The notes under the pieces were generated by a model that saw nothing but the letters and a program-made list of their open reading frames with translations, was not told the origin of the DNA and ran no database searches. The translations under genes and the position numbers were made by a program. Positions 27,528 through 37,212 of a stretch of 64,000 nt of DNA are shown here, one piece after another. Each line of letters opens with the position of its first letter. Position 1 is the stretch's first letter. This stretch comes from Nannocystis bainbridge (GTDB lineage: Bacteria; Myxococcota_A; Polyangia; Nannocystales; Nannocystaceae): the NCBI RefSeq assembly GCF_028368995.1, contig NZ_JAQNDL010000004.1, positions 288,001 through 352,000 on the forward strand, given 5' to 3'.

Positions 27528-27830
27528 TCAGGCGTGCAGCTTGGCCGCCAGCACATCGACCTGGTCGATGCGCGGCGGCTCGGCCAGCAGCTCGCCCGCG
27601 CGGGCCATCAGCGCCGCGGCGATCGAGCCCTCGAGGTGGGCGCGGCGGCCGGCGTCGTCGGCGAACGCGTCGAAGATGCCGAACTCTTGCGGGCCGAGGC
27701 GGATGGCGAACCACACAGCGGTGGCCTCCTCGCGCTGCGCCAGCGGCAGCGCGCCGGCGAGGAATCCGGCGACCTCCTCTTCCTTGCCAGGTTTTGCGAC
27801 GATACGAGCCAACAGTCCGACCTTCACCAT
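27528..27830 (-). CDS. antibiotic biosynthesis monooxygenase (ABM) family protein
   Basis: AKPGKEEEV, FGIFDAF and RAHL; ~100 aa; divergent from an AraC regulator. Confidence 0.85.
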   Translation of the reverse strand: MVKVGLLARIVAKPGKEEEVAGFLAGALPLAQREEATAVWFAIRLGPQEFGIFDAFADDAGRRAHLEGSIAAALMARAGELLAEPPRIDQVDVLAAKLHA

Positions 27831-27900
27831 GTGCGTGCTCCTTTGTGCGTGACGCCCGGTCACGTTCGTCACCGTAGCGATCTGGCACGCAACGCGCTAT

Positions 27901-27935
27901 TGGCGGAACCGACAACGATGGTATCGTTTCCGCCA
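27901..27935. promoter_or_regulatory. inverted repeat, probable operator of the GlxA-type regulator
   Basis: tggcggaaccgaca-N7-tatcgtttccgcca (2 mismatches) in the divergent promoter. Confidence 0.55.
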
Positions 27936-28879
27936 TGCAGGTCCAGGTGCTCGTCCTCGACGGGGTGTTCGACGCGGGGCTCGCTCTGGTGCTCGACACG
28001 CTCGACACCGCCAACGCGCTGGCGAGCGCGCCGGAGCAGCGGGCCCGCGTGGCGGTGGTCGGGGTGCGGCGACGGGTCCGGACGCACCTCGGCTTCGGGG
28101 TGCCGGTGGTGGAGCGGCCGCGGGCGCGGCCCGACGTCGTGATCGTGCCGGCGCTCGGGGCCAAGACGCCCGACGCGCTCGAGCGGGCGCTGGCGCGGCG
28201 CGACGTCGTCGACGCGACGGCGAGGCTGCAGGCCGCGGCCGCCGCGGGCACGCGGGTGACGGCGGCCTGCACCGCCACCTTCGTGCTCGGCGACGCCGGC
28301 CTGCTGGCGGGCCGCCGCGCGACCACGACCTGGTGGCTGGCGCCGTTCTTTCGCGCGCGCTTCCCCGCGGTCGCGCTGGACGACGCGCAGATGATCGTCG
28401 AGTCCGACAACATCGTCACCGCCGGCTCGGCCCTGGCGCACCTCGACCTCGCGCTGTGGCTGGTCCGCCGCCGCAGCCCGGCGCTCGCGCGCACGGTCGC
28501 CAATCACCTGCTCTACGACTCGCGCCCGTCGCAGGCGCCCTACGTGATGCCCGATCACCTGGCTCACGCCGATCCGCTGGTGGCCCGCTTCGAGGACTGG
28601 GCGCGCGGCCACCTGCGCGGCTTCACCATGGGCGCGGCGGCGCGGGCCGTCGGCGCGACCGAGCGCACGCTCGAGCGACGCGTGCGCGCGGTGCTCGGCA
28701 AGTCGCCGCTGTCGTTCGTGCAGGATCTGCGGGTGGCCCACGCGGTGCATTGCCTGCAGACGAGCGACGCGTCGCTCGACGCGATCGCTACCGAGGTCGG
28801 CTACAGCGAGGCGACGACGCTGCGCACGCTGCTGCGCCGTCGCACGGGCCGCGGGGTGCGAGAGCTGCGGCGGGCCTGA
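27935..28879 (+). CDS. GlxA/FtrA-family AraC regulator (DJ-1/PfpI + HTH)
   Basis: ACTATFVL, GLLAGRRATTTW, ERTLERR and IATEVGY. Confidence 0.9.
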   Translation: MQVQVLVLDGVFDAGLALVLDTLDTANALASAPEQRARVAVVGVRRRVRTHLGFGVPVVERPRARPDVVIVPALGAKTPDALERALARRDVVDATARLQAAAAAGTRVTAACTATFVLGDAGLLAGRRATTTWWLAPFFRARFPAVALDDAQMIVESDNIVTAGSALAHLDLALWLVRRRSPALARTVANHLLYDSRPSQAPYVMPDHLAHADPLVARFEDWARGHLRGFTMGAAARAVGATERTLERRVRAVLGKSPLSFVQDLRVAHAVHCLQTSDASLDAIATEVGYSEATTLRTLLRRRTGRGVRELRRA

Positions 28880-29138
28880 CAGCAGGCGCGGGGCGGCTCG
28901 CTCCGCGATCGTGGCGTGGGGGCTGCTTTCGTTCCGGGCGTGTCACGCGGCGATGCGGCGGGTCGTTCAATCGCTGCCGCTTCGACTCGCATCGGATCGA
29001 CAATGCGCCTCGCCGGGGCGGACGACGCGAATCGACGACCTCGATGCGGTCGCGGCGGATCGAGCCATCGCGCAATTGCTGGGTCCGCCGATTCGATCGC
29101 GCAGCGCCGCGGCTCGTCGCCGCGACGCTCGCTCGTCG

Positions 29139-29855
29139 TCAGGGCACGTACTTCTCGCGCAGCGCCACGGCCTCCTGGCGCGCGGCCTGCAGCGGCGGGT
29201 CGTCGCAGAAGGTCGTCGTCGCGTCGTGCAGCGTGCCGCCGAGCTCGAGCTCCATCGTCTCGAAGACGTCGGACGGCGGGTTGCAAAGCGGCTCGGGGCT
29301 GTCGAGCACGGCGACGAGGGCAGGGTCGGTGAACACTTCGAGGGCCAGCGCGAAGTCCTCGGCGCTGATCTCGACCTCGGTCACCGGGTTGCCGAGGTCG
29401 CCGACCTTTTCGACCCGCAAGATCCGCGTCGAGAGCAGCTCCACGAAGCCGTCGCAGTCGGCTTCGGGGGGGCACAGGCCCGCGACCGAGCGCACGTTGA
29501 AGCGCTCGAACTCGCCGGGGTCGACGGTGGTGCCGGTGGTGTCGTCGGCGGTGGTGCCGGTGGTGTCGACGGCGGTGGTGCCGGTGGTCTCTTCGCCGGT
29601 GGTGGAGTGGCTGACCGCGCCGGTGGTGCCGTGGCTGTCGTCACCCGTGGTGGCGAGGGTCTCGCCGCCGTCGTCGCCGGTCTGACTCTCGCTGACCGAA
29701 GTGCTGGGGGTCGGATCGTCCGTGGTGGCCGCGCTGGTGGCGGTCGAGTCGCTGTCGCCGCCGAGGGTGTCGCCGATGTTCTTCGAGTCGGGCAAGCAGC
29801 CGGCGAGCAGCGTGGTGACGACGAGGCAAGGAGAGAGGAGGCGTGCGAAGTGCAT
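29139..29855 (-). CDS. hypothetical Thr-rich lipoprotein
   Basis: LLAGC lipobox, Thr/Asp/Gly linker, small Cys-containing C-terminal domain. Confidence 0.75.
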   Translation of the reverse strand: MHFARLLSPCLVVTTLLAGCLPDSKNIGDTLGGDSDSTATSAATTDDPTPSTSVSESQTGDDGGETLATTGDDSHGTTGAVSHSTTGEETTGTTAVDTTGTTADDTTGTTVDPGEFERFNVRSVAGLCPPEADCDGFVELLSTRILRVEKVGDLGNPVTEVEISAEDFALALEVFTDPALVAVLDSPEPLCNPPSDVFETMELELGGTLHDATTTFCDDPPLQAARQEAVALREKYVP

Positions 29856-30031
29856 GCGCCTGAGTGCCCGGGTGCCGGGGCGGCCATCACGGGGGCGGCG
29901 AATTTTTTCGCAGGTGGGGTCGGGCACGGCGGTTCTCGTCGTGGCGTCGGCTCGTGCTCGCGCTCGGGGCCCCGGTCATGCGTCGGCGCAGGTTCGTGCG
30001 CGATGCGGAGCGGTCGAAGCGTGGGGACGCC

Positions 30032-31462
30032 TCATGGCGTCGGTTCGCGGTCGGGCGAGTTCGTGGCGGGGAGGGTGCAATCGAGGCGCACGCGGGCTGC
30101 GAGCGCGCTGTCCGGGTGCGCGTGCAGAAAGGCTTCGCCCTCGCGCTGACCCTCGCGCGTGCGGCCCGACCGGCACAGCGCGATCGCCCGCAGGCCGAGG
30201 CGCTCGCGCTGCAAGACGCCGGTCGGGAATTCGCGCTGGTGGCGTCGCAGCTCGGCGAGGGCCTCGTCGGTGCGGCCGGCCTCGATCGCGGCGCGCGCGG
30301 CGGTGATCCGCGCCGCTTCGCGGGCGAGGTCCTCTGCGGAGAGGGCGGCGGACGGCTGCGAGGGGGCATGCGCGCGGGTCGACGCGTGCGCGGGGTCGCG
30401 GGCATGCGCGGATGAATCACCCTCATCGAGATCGGCGGCGTCGCTCTGTCGGTGCACGTGCCGGGGCGCGACGGCGGGTGGAGCTTCGGGGGACGCTCCG
30501 GCGGCGCGCGCATCGGGGGGTGAAAGATCGGCGGGGGGAAGGGGCGCTTCGCTTTCGCCGGAATTCTTGCGAGAGGGAGCAGCGGGCGGTGCTTCGGCGC
30601 CGCGTGCATCGACATGAGAGGCAGTGGTGGCGTGGGTGTCGCCGCTATCCGAGCGCGAGTCGGGCCGCGCTGCGGCGTCGCCGGCTCTTGTGTGCGAGGG
30701 CGCCGAGCTGCGATCGGCAGCCTCCGCGGTGGTCGGAGCTGCGGGGCGGGCTGCGACGATCACCAGAGTACCGGCGACCGCCAGTCCCAGCGTCCAGGCG
30801 GCTGCAGAGTGGCCAGCCGCGGCGGCCCCCTGCGCGAGCGCGGCGCCGGGGGCAGCCGAGGCAGCGCCGAGGGCCAGCAGCAGCGCCGCCCACACGCGCG
30901 CCTGGGCGCCTCGCGGCGGGGCCTCGGGGGTCCTCGCGCTCCGCAGCGCGGTCGGGGCGACGGCGGCGAACGTGCGATCGAACTGCTCACGGACCAGCCG
31001 GATCCGCGAATACACGGTGTTGACATTCACGCCGAGGGTCTGTGCAATCTCGGTTGCCGACATTTCCTCGTAGAGATGGAGCACGAACACGGCGCGGCGG
31101 TCGTCGTCGAGGCCGTCGAGAAATTCGGCGAGCCGCCGCCGGGCCTCGCGGCGCGCCAGCTCGTCGTCGGTGTGCGCGGGCGCGTCGTCGGGGACGGCGG
31201 CCAGGCGCGCGTGCCGTCGCAGCCGCCGCGCCTCGGTCCGGCGGTGGCGCGCGGCGACCCGGCGGGCGACGCCGAAGATCCAGGTCTTGAGGCTCGAGCG
31301 GCCGGCGAACTCGGGCAGGCGGCGGTAGACGACGAGGAAGAGGTCCTGGACGGCGTCTTCCTGGGCCTCGGGCGGGACGCCGAGGCGGCGCAGGCTGGCC
31401 CAGGCGTACTCGAACTGGGCCTGGTAGAGCTCGGGGAACGAGGGCGAGTTCGGGCCGCTCAC
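30032..31462 (-). CDS. ECF sigma-70 factor with long C-terminal TM/TPR-like extension
   Basis: DAVQDLFLVV, SSLKTWIFGVA, EIAQTLGVNVNTVYSRIR; GTG start preceded by GGAG. Confidence 0.85.
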   Translation of the reverse strand: MSGPNSPSFPELYQAQFEYAWASLRRLGVPPEAQEDAVQDLFLVVYRRLPEFAGRSSLKTWIFGVARRVAARHRRTEARRLRRHARLAAVPDDAPAHTDDELARREARRRLAEFLDGLDDDRRAVFVLHLYEEMSATEIAQTLGVNVNTVYSRIRLVREQFDRTFAAVAPTALRSARTPEAPPRGAQARVWAALLLALGAASAAPGAALAQGAAAAGHSAAAWTLGLAVAGTLVIVAARPAAPTTAEAADRSSAPSHTRAGDAAARPDSRSDSGDTHATTASHVDARGAEAPPAAPSRKNSGESEAPLPPADLSPPDARAAGASPEAPPAVAPRHVHRQSDAADLDEGDSSAHARDPAHASTRAHAPSQPSAALSAEDLAREAARITAARAAIEAGRTDEALAELRRHQREFPTGVLQRERLGLRAIALCRSGRTREGQREGEAFLHAHPDSALAARVRLDCTLPATNSPDREPTP

Positions 31463-31496
31463 GGTGCTCCTGGGTGCCCGGCTGCCAGCCCGCCCA

Positions 31497-32771
31497 TCAC
31501 GGGAATCGGGCTTCGATGCCGAGCATGGGCCGGAGCCCGACGGCCTCGGCGCGCGCGAGCTCGCCGAGGCCGGCGACGTGGAAGCCGGGGCGCCGCAGGG
31601 CGACCAGGACGTCGAGGGTGAAGCTGACGGCAATGACGCGAGAGGGCGCCCAGACGAGGCCCGGGCTGAGCTGGGCGGCGAGCCAGAGATCGCCGGCGGG
31701 CTGCGGGGCGGCGACGCCACGGGCGACGGCGCGCACGAAGCCGAGCTCGAGGCCGCCGCAGACCGGGAACTCCAGCCGGCGCCAGCGCGGGACGCCGCAG
31801 GCGCGCACGGCCCCGGCGGCGAGCAGAAGGCGGGCGCCGACGCCGGCCGGCTCGGGGTAGGCGAGGGCCCGCGCGGCATAGGTGCCGCCGAGCTCGACGC
31901 GCCACGGGCCGCGGAAGACGGCGAAGGCGAGGCCAGCGGCGGGCGCAAAGGCCGGGATGCCACCAATTTCGCCGCCGCCGGCGATCCGCACCGCCCCTCG
32001 CACCGGGGCGGCCAGGCTTGGGACGGGCGGGTCGTCGGCGAGGTCGCCGGCGAGCGCGCCCTCGCGCAGGGGGGCGGCGGCGGGCGAGAGCGGCGGCTCC
32101 GGATCACCGAGGTTTGGCGCGGTGGCGCGCACGGGCGCGGTGCCGGGCGACGATGGCTGCTCGGGAGCGCCGAGGTTTGGCGCGGTGGCGCGCACGGGCG
32201 CGGTGCCGGCCGGCGATGGCTGCTGCGGATCGCCGAGGTTTGGCGCGGTGGCGCGCACGGGCGCCGCGTTGGGCGAGGGCAGCGGCTCCGAGTTGCCGAT
32301 CTCGGGAGTGGCGGGGAGCCGCGAGGTCGCGGCCGCGGCCGTGGGCAGACCCGGCGCACCCGGGCGAGACGCCGGGGCGCCCGACGGGGCACCCGCGGCC
32401 GGCGATTTCGGGCCGCGGAGGTCGGCCGTCATGCGCGTGGCGATTTCCTCGGGCGCGACGGCGAGGGCGATCAGCAGCGCCGTCACGTCCGCCAGGCCGC
32501 GGCAGTCGCGGGCCTCGATCGTGCGGCGGTCGTCGAGCCGGTGCCCGCGCAGCGTCAGCCGCAGGCGCCAGCCGCCTCGCGGTCGCGGCGTCACGTCGGC
32601 CGCGGCGCGCACGAGCGGCCCGGACGGCGGGACGGGCACGAGCTCGCGCAGCCGCTGGTGGATCGCGTCGGCGTCGGGACAGGCGGCCGGCGCCCGCCAG
32701 CTCAGCTCGACCCGAGGGGCGTCCGGCGTCGACCCCAGCGCGACGAGCAAGCCTGCGAGCGCCACGAGCAC
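31497..32771 (-). CDS. exported hypothetical protein, probable C-terminal beta-barrel
   Basis: Hydrophobic N-terminus, WxAPxxCPD motif, Pro-rich repeats, amphipathic strands ending GIEARFP. Confidence 0.7.
   Translation of the reverse strand: MLVALAGLLVALGSTPDAPRVELSWRAPAACPDADAIHQRLRELVPVPPSGPLVRAAADVTPRPRGGWRLRLTLRGHRLDDRRTIEARDCRGLADVTALLIALAVAPEEIATRMTADLRGPKSPAAGAPSGAPASRPGAPGLPTAAAATSRLPATPEIGNSEPLPSPNAAPVRATAPNLGDPQQPSPAGTAPVRATAPNLGAPEQPSSPGTAPVRATAPNLGDPEPPLSPAAAPLREGALAGDLADDPPVPSLAAPVRGAVRIAGGGEIGGIPAFAPAAGLAFAVFRGPWRVELGGTYAARALAYPEPAGVGARLLLAAGAVRACGVPRWRRLEFPVCGGLELGFVRAVARGVAAPQPAGDLWLAAQLSPGLVWAPSRVIAVSFTLDVLVALRRPGFHVAGLGELARAEAVGLRPMLGIEARFP
32107..32290. repeat. 63-bp in-frame tandem repeat x3
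   Basis: ccgaggtttggcgcggtggcgcgcacgggcgc at 32107, 32170 and 32233 (encodes APVRATAPNLG...). Confidence 0.9.
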
Positions 32772-33157
32772 GCGCCGATTCTACGCCGCCGCGAGACCCG
32801 CAGGCCGCGAACGTGCGGCGCTCGATGAGTGTGCGACCGCGCTCGGGCCTGCGCCGGAGGCATGCCGGGTGTGACCCCGAGGGAGGGAGCGGGGCAAGGC
32901 GAGCAGCAGCACTGCGCTCGATGCATTGCAGGGCGCAGACATTTGCATCGAGGTTTAAGTATAGGAAGAGCCTGCGCGTCGTGGCATCGAACATTGGTTC
33001 GGGCAATGCGCAGAGCGCAGGCCGATGCCAACAGGCATTGCGATCCCCGGGCTGATGCCAGCAACATAGCGATGGAACGTACATGATCCGAGCGGCGCGC
33101 GGCCGCCGAATCACCGCAGCGCGAGCCGGGGCATCCGCCGAGCGCGACGCGCCCCGC

Positions 33158-33189
33158 GACATGTCCTTCAAGACATGCATGAACGGACA
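33158..33189. promoter_or_regulatory. 14-bp-period TGTC-N6-GACA array
   Basis: gaca|tgtc-cttcaa-gaca|tgca-tgaacg-gaca. Confidence 0.6.
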
Positions 33190-33304
33190 GCCCAAGCTCC
33201 TCAGCCCGCACCCCACGCGCGAAAGCGCAGCCCCCACCCGCACATGCGGGCATGCATTCGCCCTGTAAGCCGCGGGCCCCGGGGCGGCGTTCGCCGGTTC
33301 GACG

Positions 33305-33907
33305 ATGGACACGCGCACCCTGAAGATCTCCCGGCCTTGCCCCATCGAGCTCGACGCCGACCGCAGCGGCCGCCAATTCTTCTGCGATCACTGTCAAAAG
33401 GACGTCCACGTCCTCGCCAACTGGCCCCGCGCCGAGGCCGAGGCGTTCCTGGCCGCCAACCGCGGGCGTTCGGTGTGCGTCTCGCTCCGGCGCGACGCCG
33501 GCGGCGCGCTGCAGTACGCCGATTCGCCGCCGCGAACGCCCCCACCGGCGCTGGTCCCGGTCGCGCGCCTGCGCCGGCGCTGGTTGCCCGAGGCGGCCGC
33601 TGCCGCCGGTGTGGCCGCGGCCCTGAGCGCCTGCACGCCGCACGGGCCGACGAGGCCCGTCGAGAGGCTCGAGCCCGAGGTGGACGTCGTGCTCAGCGTC
33701 GCCGCCGGCGGGGTCAACATTCCCCACGAGATCGCTCCCCCGGCGCCGATGATCCGGGGCGAGCTGGCTCCGGAGCCGCAGATCGAGCGCGGCGAGAAAC
33801 CTGCCATCGAGCCGCCCGCGACCCAGCCCCGTGGCCCCGTGAAGGCGCCGAAGCAGCCGGCGAACGAGCCGGAGCCGCAGACCTTCGACGGCGGCCTCGA
33901 CCTGTGA
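33305..33907 (+). CDS. hypothetical protein with N-terminal Cys motif and internal lipobox-like segment
   Basis: ISRPC...FCDHCQKDVH...VC followed by AALSAC. Confidence 0.7.
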   Translation: MDTRTLKISRPCPIELDADRSGRQFFCDHCQKDVHVLANWPRAEAEAFLAANRGRSVCVSLRRDAGGALQYADSPPRTPPPALVPVARLRRRWLPEAAAAAGVAAALSACTPHGPTRPVERLEPEVDVVLSVAAGGVNIPHEIAPPAPMIRGELAPEPQIERGEKPAIEPPATQPRGPVKAPKQPANEPEPQTFDGGLDL

Positions 33908-34228
33908 GCGCAGGCCCCGATCGCATGGGCACCACGGCATCCGCGGGGCACGCGGCGATCGGCAACAGATGCGACATGTCCCGAGAGACATGCGATGGAT
34001 CCGCGCGGCGTCCGGAAGTCGAGACCCCGCGCGAGCACAGCCCCGGGGCCGCCCGATCGCCCGACCGAAGGTCCGCGCCGATCCACGCCTCACGCGGTTC
34101 ACGTGGGCGCTCCGACGCGCGCCCGTCCGCTGCGTAGCGACGCCCCGCGGACGCGGTTCGCGGCTCCACCCGGGCTTGTGGTCGCGCGACGGATTGACAC
34201 GCCGTCTCGAGCCGGCGAAAGCTCGTGC

Positions 34229-34627
34229 ATGGCTTTGCTTCCCGAGACCCGATTGTTCCCGTGCACCGCGTGCCACGAACTGGCGTGCGCCGCCGATCCC
34301 GCCTGCCCGCACTGCGGCACCGCGTGGTCTCCCTCCGAGCGCGCAGGCCGGCTCGCGGCGCTCGCCGCAGCGCTGGCGATGGCGGCCTGCAACCTCAGCG
34401 ACCCGCAGCCGGAGTACGGCAGCCCCGACACGATCACGGAGGGCGGGACCACCGAGACGACGGGCACGGACGCGACGACCACGACGAGCACGACCACGAC
34501 GAGCACGACGAGCACGGACACGACGGACACCGATCCGACGAGCGCGGGCACGACGCCGACCACCGGCACGAGCACGACGAGCGACGGGACCACCGACACG
34601 GACACGACCGACGCGACCGGCCCATAG
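34229..34627 (+). CDS. small zinc-ribbon plus lipobox Thr-rich protein
   Basis: CTAC...CPHC, LAMAAC, EYGSP and a Thr-rich tail. Confidence 0.7.
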   Translation: MALLPETRLFPCTACHELACAADPACPHCGTAWSPSERAGRLAALAAALAMAACNLSDPQPEYGSPDTITEGGTTETTGTDATTTTSTTTTSTTSTDTTDTDPTSAGTTPTTGTSTTSDGTTDTDTTDATGP

Positions 34628-34723
34628 CCGTTGCGGGGCCGCGAGCAGCCAATTCGGCGCTGCGCTCGCGGGTGGCCGCGTCGACCGCTTGCACTTTGCG
34701 CGGAACCGGCGACCCTCGGGTGC

Positions 34724-35389
34724 ATGTCCACCCGGATCTTGCTCATCCGCCACGGCGCCACCGTGCTGTCCGCCGAGGACCGCTTCGCCGGCTCGACCGA
34801 CGTCGACCTGTCCGACGAGGGGCGGCGCCAGGCCCGGTGCCTCGGCGAGCGGCTCGCCGATCAGGAACTCGCCGCCGTCTACGCGAGTCCGATGCGGCGC
34901 GCCCACGAGACCGCGACGCTGGTGTCCGCCGCCTGCGGGCGCGAGCCGATCGCCGAGCCCGGCCTGCGAGAGATCGACCACGGCCGCTGGGAGGGGCTCA
35001 CGCGCGCCGAGGTCGAGGCGCGCTTCCCCGCGGAGTACGGCGCCTGGGAGGAGGACCCGTACACCTTCGCGCCCGAGGGCGGCGAGCCGGGCCTGGAGGT
35101 GATGGCCCGCGCGCTGCCTGTCATCCGCCGGATCGTGCTGCAGCACCCCGACCAGACCGTCGCCGTCGTCTCGCACAAGGCGACCATCCGCCTGGTCCTC
35201 TCGAGCCTGCTCGGCATCGACGCCCGCGGCTACCGCGACCGCCTCGACCAAGCGCCTGCGTGCCTCAACATCCTCGAGTTCAAGGACGTCGTGCGCGCCC
35301 GCCTGATGCTCTACAACGACGTCTCGCACTACACCGACTACACCGCCCGCCCGAGCGCGAAGCTCTCGAAGTGGTGGGACCACCCGTGA
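34724..35389 (+). CDS. histidine phosphatase (phosphoglycerate mutase family)
   Basis: LIRHG, SPMRRAHET, LREIDHGRWEG and VSH. Confidence 0.92.
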   Translation: MSTRILLIRHGATVLSAEDRFAGSTDVDLSDEGRRQARCLGERLADQELAAVYASPMRRAHETATLVSAACGREPIAEPGLREIDHGRWEGLTRAEVEARFPAEYGAWEEDPYTFAPEGGEPGLEVMARALPVIRRIVLQHPDQTVAVVSHKATIRLVLSSLLGIDARGYRDRLDQAPACLNILEFKDVVRARLMLYNDVSHYTDYTARPSAKLSKWWDHP

Positions 35390-35414
35390 GCGCCGCGACC
35401 TGGTGATACGAGCA

Positions 35415-35460
35415 TGTCCGTGAGGGCATGTGCGATCGGCCATGTCTTGAAGGACATGTC
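35415..35460. promoter_or_regulatory. three-unit 14-bp-period TGTC-N6-GACA array
   Basis: tgtc-cgtgag-ggca|tgtg-cgatcg-gcca|tgtc-ttgaag-gaca|tgtc. Confidence 0.6.
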
Positions 35461-35708
35461 CATTCAGCCTTGCTCGTAAGCGATGCGCGGCTGTTCGCAG
35501 CGCTCGATGCGCCGCAGGCGCTCGCGCAGTGGCGGGAGCTGCCCCCGGGTTGGCGGGCGGCCGGCGACACCACCCGCGAGCTCGACCGGCGGGCTGGACA
35601 GTAAACCACGGCTCGACCTGCGCCCGGGGAAGAGCGCTTGCAGGGCCCTCGCGCTCGTTTGCAGCCGCGAGGAAATTCCGGCGTTGCAAGGCGCGCACGT
35701 TTTCCCGC

Positions 35709-35740
35709 TTGACCTTGACACTGACGTCAAGGTTTAGGGT
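35709..35740 (+). promoter_or_regulatory. MerR-type promoter/operator
   Basis: TTGACC, 20-bp spacer, TAGGGT, with the dyad accttgac-N6-gtcaaggt in the spacer, directly upstream of a MerR gene. Confidence 0.85.
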
Positions 35741-35757
35741 CTCGTCCGGAGGTGTCG

Positions 35758-36159
35758 ATGAGGATCGGAGAGCTCGCAACGCGGACGGGGGTCAGCCCTC
35801 GCGCGATCCGCCACTACGAGAAGGCCGGCTTGCTCAGCGCCGGTCGTCTCTTCAACGGCTATCGCGACTTCGGCGACCAGGCGGTGGCCGAGGTGAAGCA
35901 CGTCGCGCGCATGATCCGGCTCGGCTTCTCGCTCGAAGAGATAGCGACCTTCCCCGCCTGCATGTTCACCGACGGCGCCGCCGCGCTCTGTCCCGTCGCC
36001 TTGCAGGCCCACCGCGACAAGCTCGAGGAGATCGAGACCTTGATCGCGGAGCTGGAGGAGCGTCGTGATCGCCTGCTCGCCACCCTCAAGGCCGCCGCGC
36101 AGCAGAGCGCGCAGGCAGCGAGGGTAGCGAGCCGCGACCAGGAGGCGAACGGACCATGA
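35758..36159 (+). CDS. MerR-family transcriptional regulator
   Basis: MRIGELA...SPRAIRHYEKAGLL...NGYRDF...LGFSLEEI. Confidence 0.93.
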   Translation: MRIGELATRTGVSPRAIRHYEKAGLLSAGRLFNGYRDFGDQAVAEVKHVARMIRLGFSLEEIATFPACMFTDGAAALCPVALQAHRDKLEEIETLIAELEERRDRLLATLKAAAQQSAQAARVASRDQEANGP

Positions 36160-37088
36160 GACGCAGACAATTTTTCACGAACCTCGGACTCGCCGCGGGC
36201 GCCGCGGCCCTGACCACCACCCACCAAGCCCACGCGGCCGCACCCGTGCCCGCGACCGCGCCGCGCACCTACGTGCTCATCCACGGCGCGTGGCACAGCG
36301 CGTTGCACTGGGCGCGGATCGTCCGGCTGCTCAGCGCCCGCGGCCATCGCGTCGTGGCGCTCGACCTGCCGGGTCACGGCCTCTCGGCCCGGTTCCCGCG
36401 CGCTTACCTCGGCGCGGATCGGGCCGCCTTCGCCGCCGAGGTCTCGCCGCAGAAGGACCTCCGCCTCGACGACGCCGCCGACCTCGTGATCGCCGCCCTG
36501 CGCGAGCTGCAGGGCCCGTCGCGGCCGATCGTCGTCGGCCACAGCATGGGCGGCACCGTCATCACGCGGGTGGGCGAGCGCGCCCCGGAGCTGGTCGGCC
36601 GGCTCGTCTACCTCACCGCCTACTGCCCCGTGCGGCGCGGCCCCACGAGCGCGTACGGTGAGCTGCCCGAGGCCAGGCACGCGAAGGTCGATGGCTTGAT
36701 GCTCGGCGATCCAGGCAAGACTGGCGTCGTCCGCATCGATCCGCGCGGCGACGCCAATTACCGCGCGCTGCTGCGCGCCGGCTTCTATCACGACGTCCCG
36801 GAGGACGAGTTCCTCGCTTTCGCCCTGGCGCTGACGCCCGACCTGCCGCTCGGCTACTGGACCACCGACGTCGGCGCGACGAAGGAGCGCTGGGGATCCT
36901 TGCCGCGGACCTTCATCCGCTGCACCGACGATCGCGCCCTGCCGCTCGCCCTGCAGGACCTCATGATCCGCGAAGCCGACGCCTGGACGCCGACCCATCG
37001 CTTCGACCGCAAGACCCTCAAGACCAGCCACTCGCCGTTCGCCTCGGCCCCCGAGGCCCTGACGGCGCTGCTCCACGAACTGCCGTGA
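36156..37088 (+). CDS. Tat-exported alpha/beta hydrolase (esterase)
   Basis: RRRQFF twin-arginine signal, IHGAWH, GHSMGG, SHSPF; ATGA overlap with merR. Confidence 0.9.
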   Translation: MRRRQFFTNLGLAAGAAALTTTHQAHAAAPVPATAPRTYVLIHGAWHSALHWARIVRLLSARGHRVVALDLPGHGLSARFPRAYLGADRAAFAAEVSPQKDLRLDDAADLVIAALRELQGPSRPIVVGHSMGGTVITRVGERAPELVGRLVYLTAYCPVRRGPTSAYGELPEARHAKVDGLMLGDPGKTGVVRIDPRGDANYRALLRAGFYHDVPEDEFLAFALALTPDLPLGYWTTDVGATKERWGSLPRTFIRCTDDRALPLALQDLMIREADAWTPTHRFDRKTLKTSHSPFASAPEALTALLHELP

Positions 37089-37212
37089 GCGAAGCGCGGA
37101 GCCGAGTCGGCTCGCGCGCGGTCCCGGCGTCGAAGCTCCCGATTTGCGACCACTCCTGCGTCTGCGACCCGCGTCGTTGCTCGTCACGACAGCGGGTGAT
37201 ACTGCTGCGAGC

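Noticed and set aside
34390-34430. EYG motif as a RiPP/spliceotide precursor
   Set aside because: No radical SAM or other maturase gene in the window
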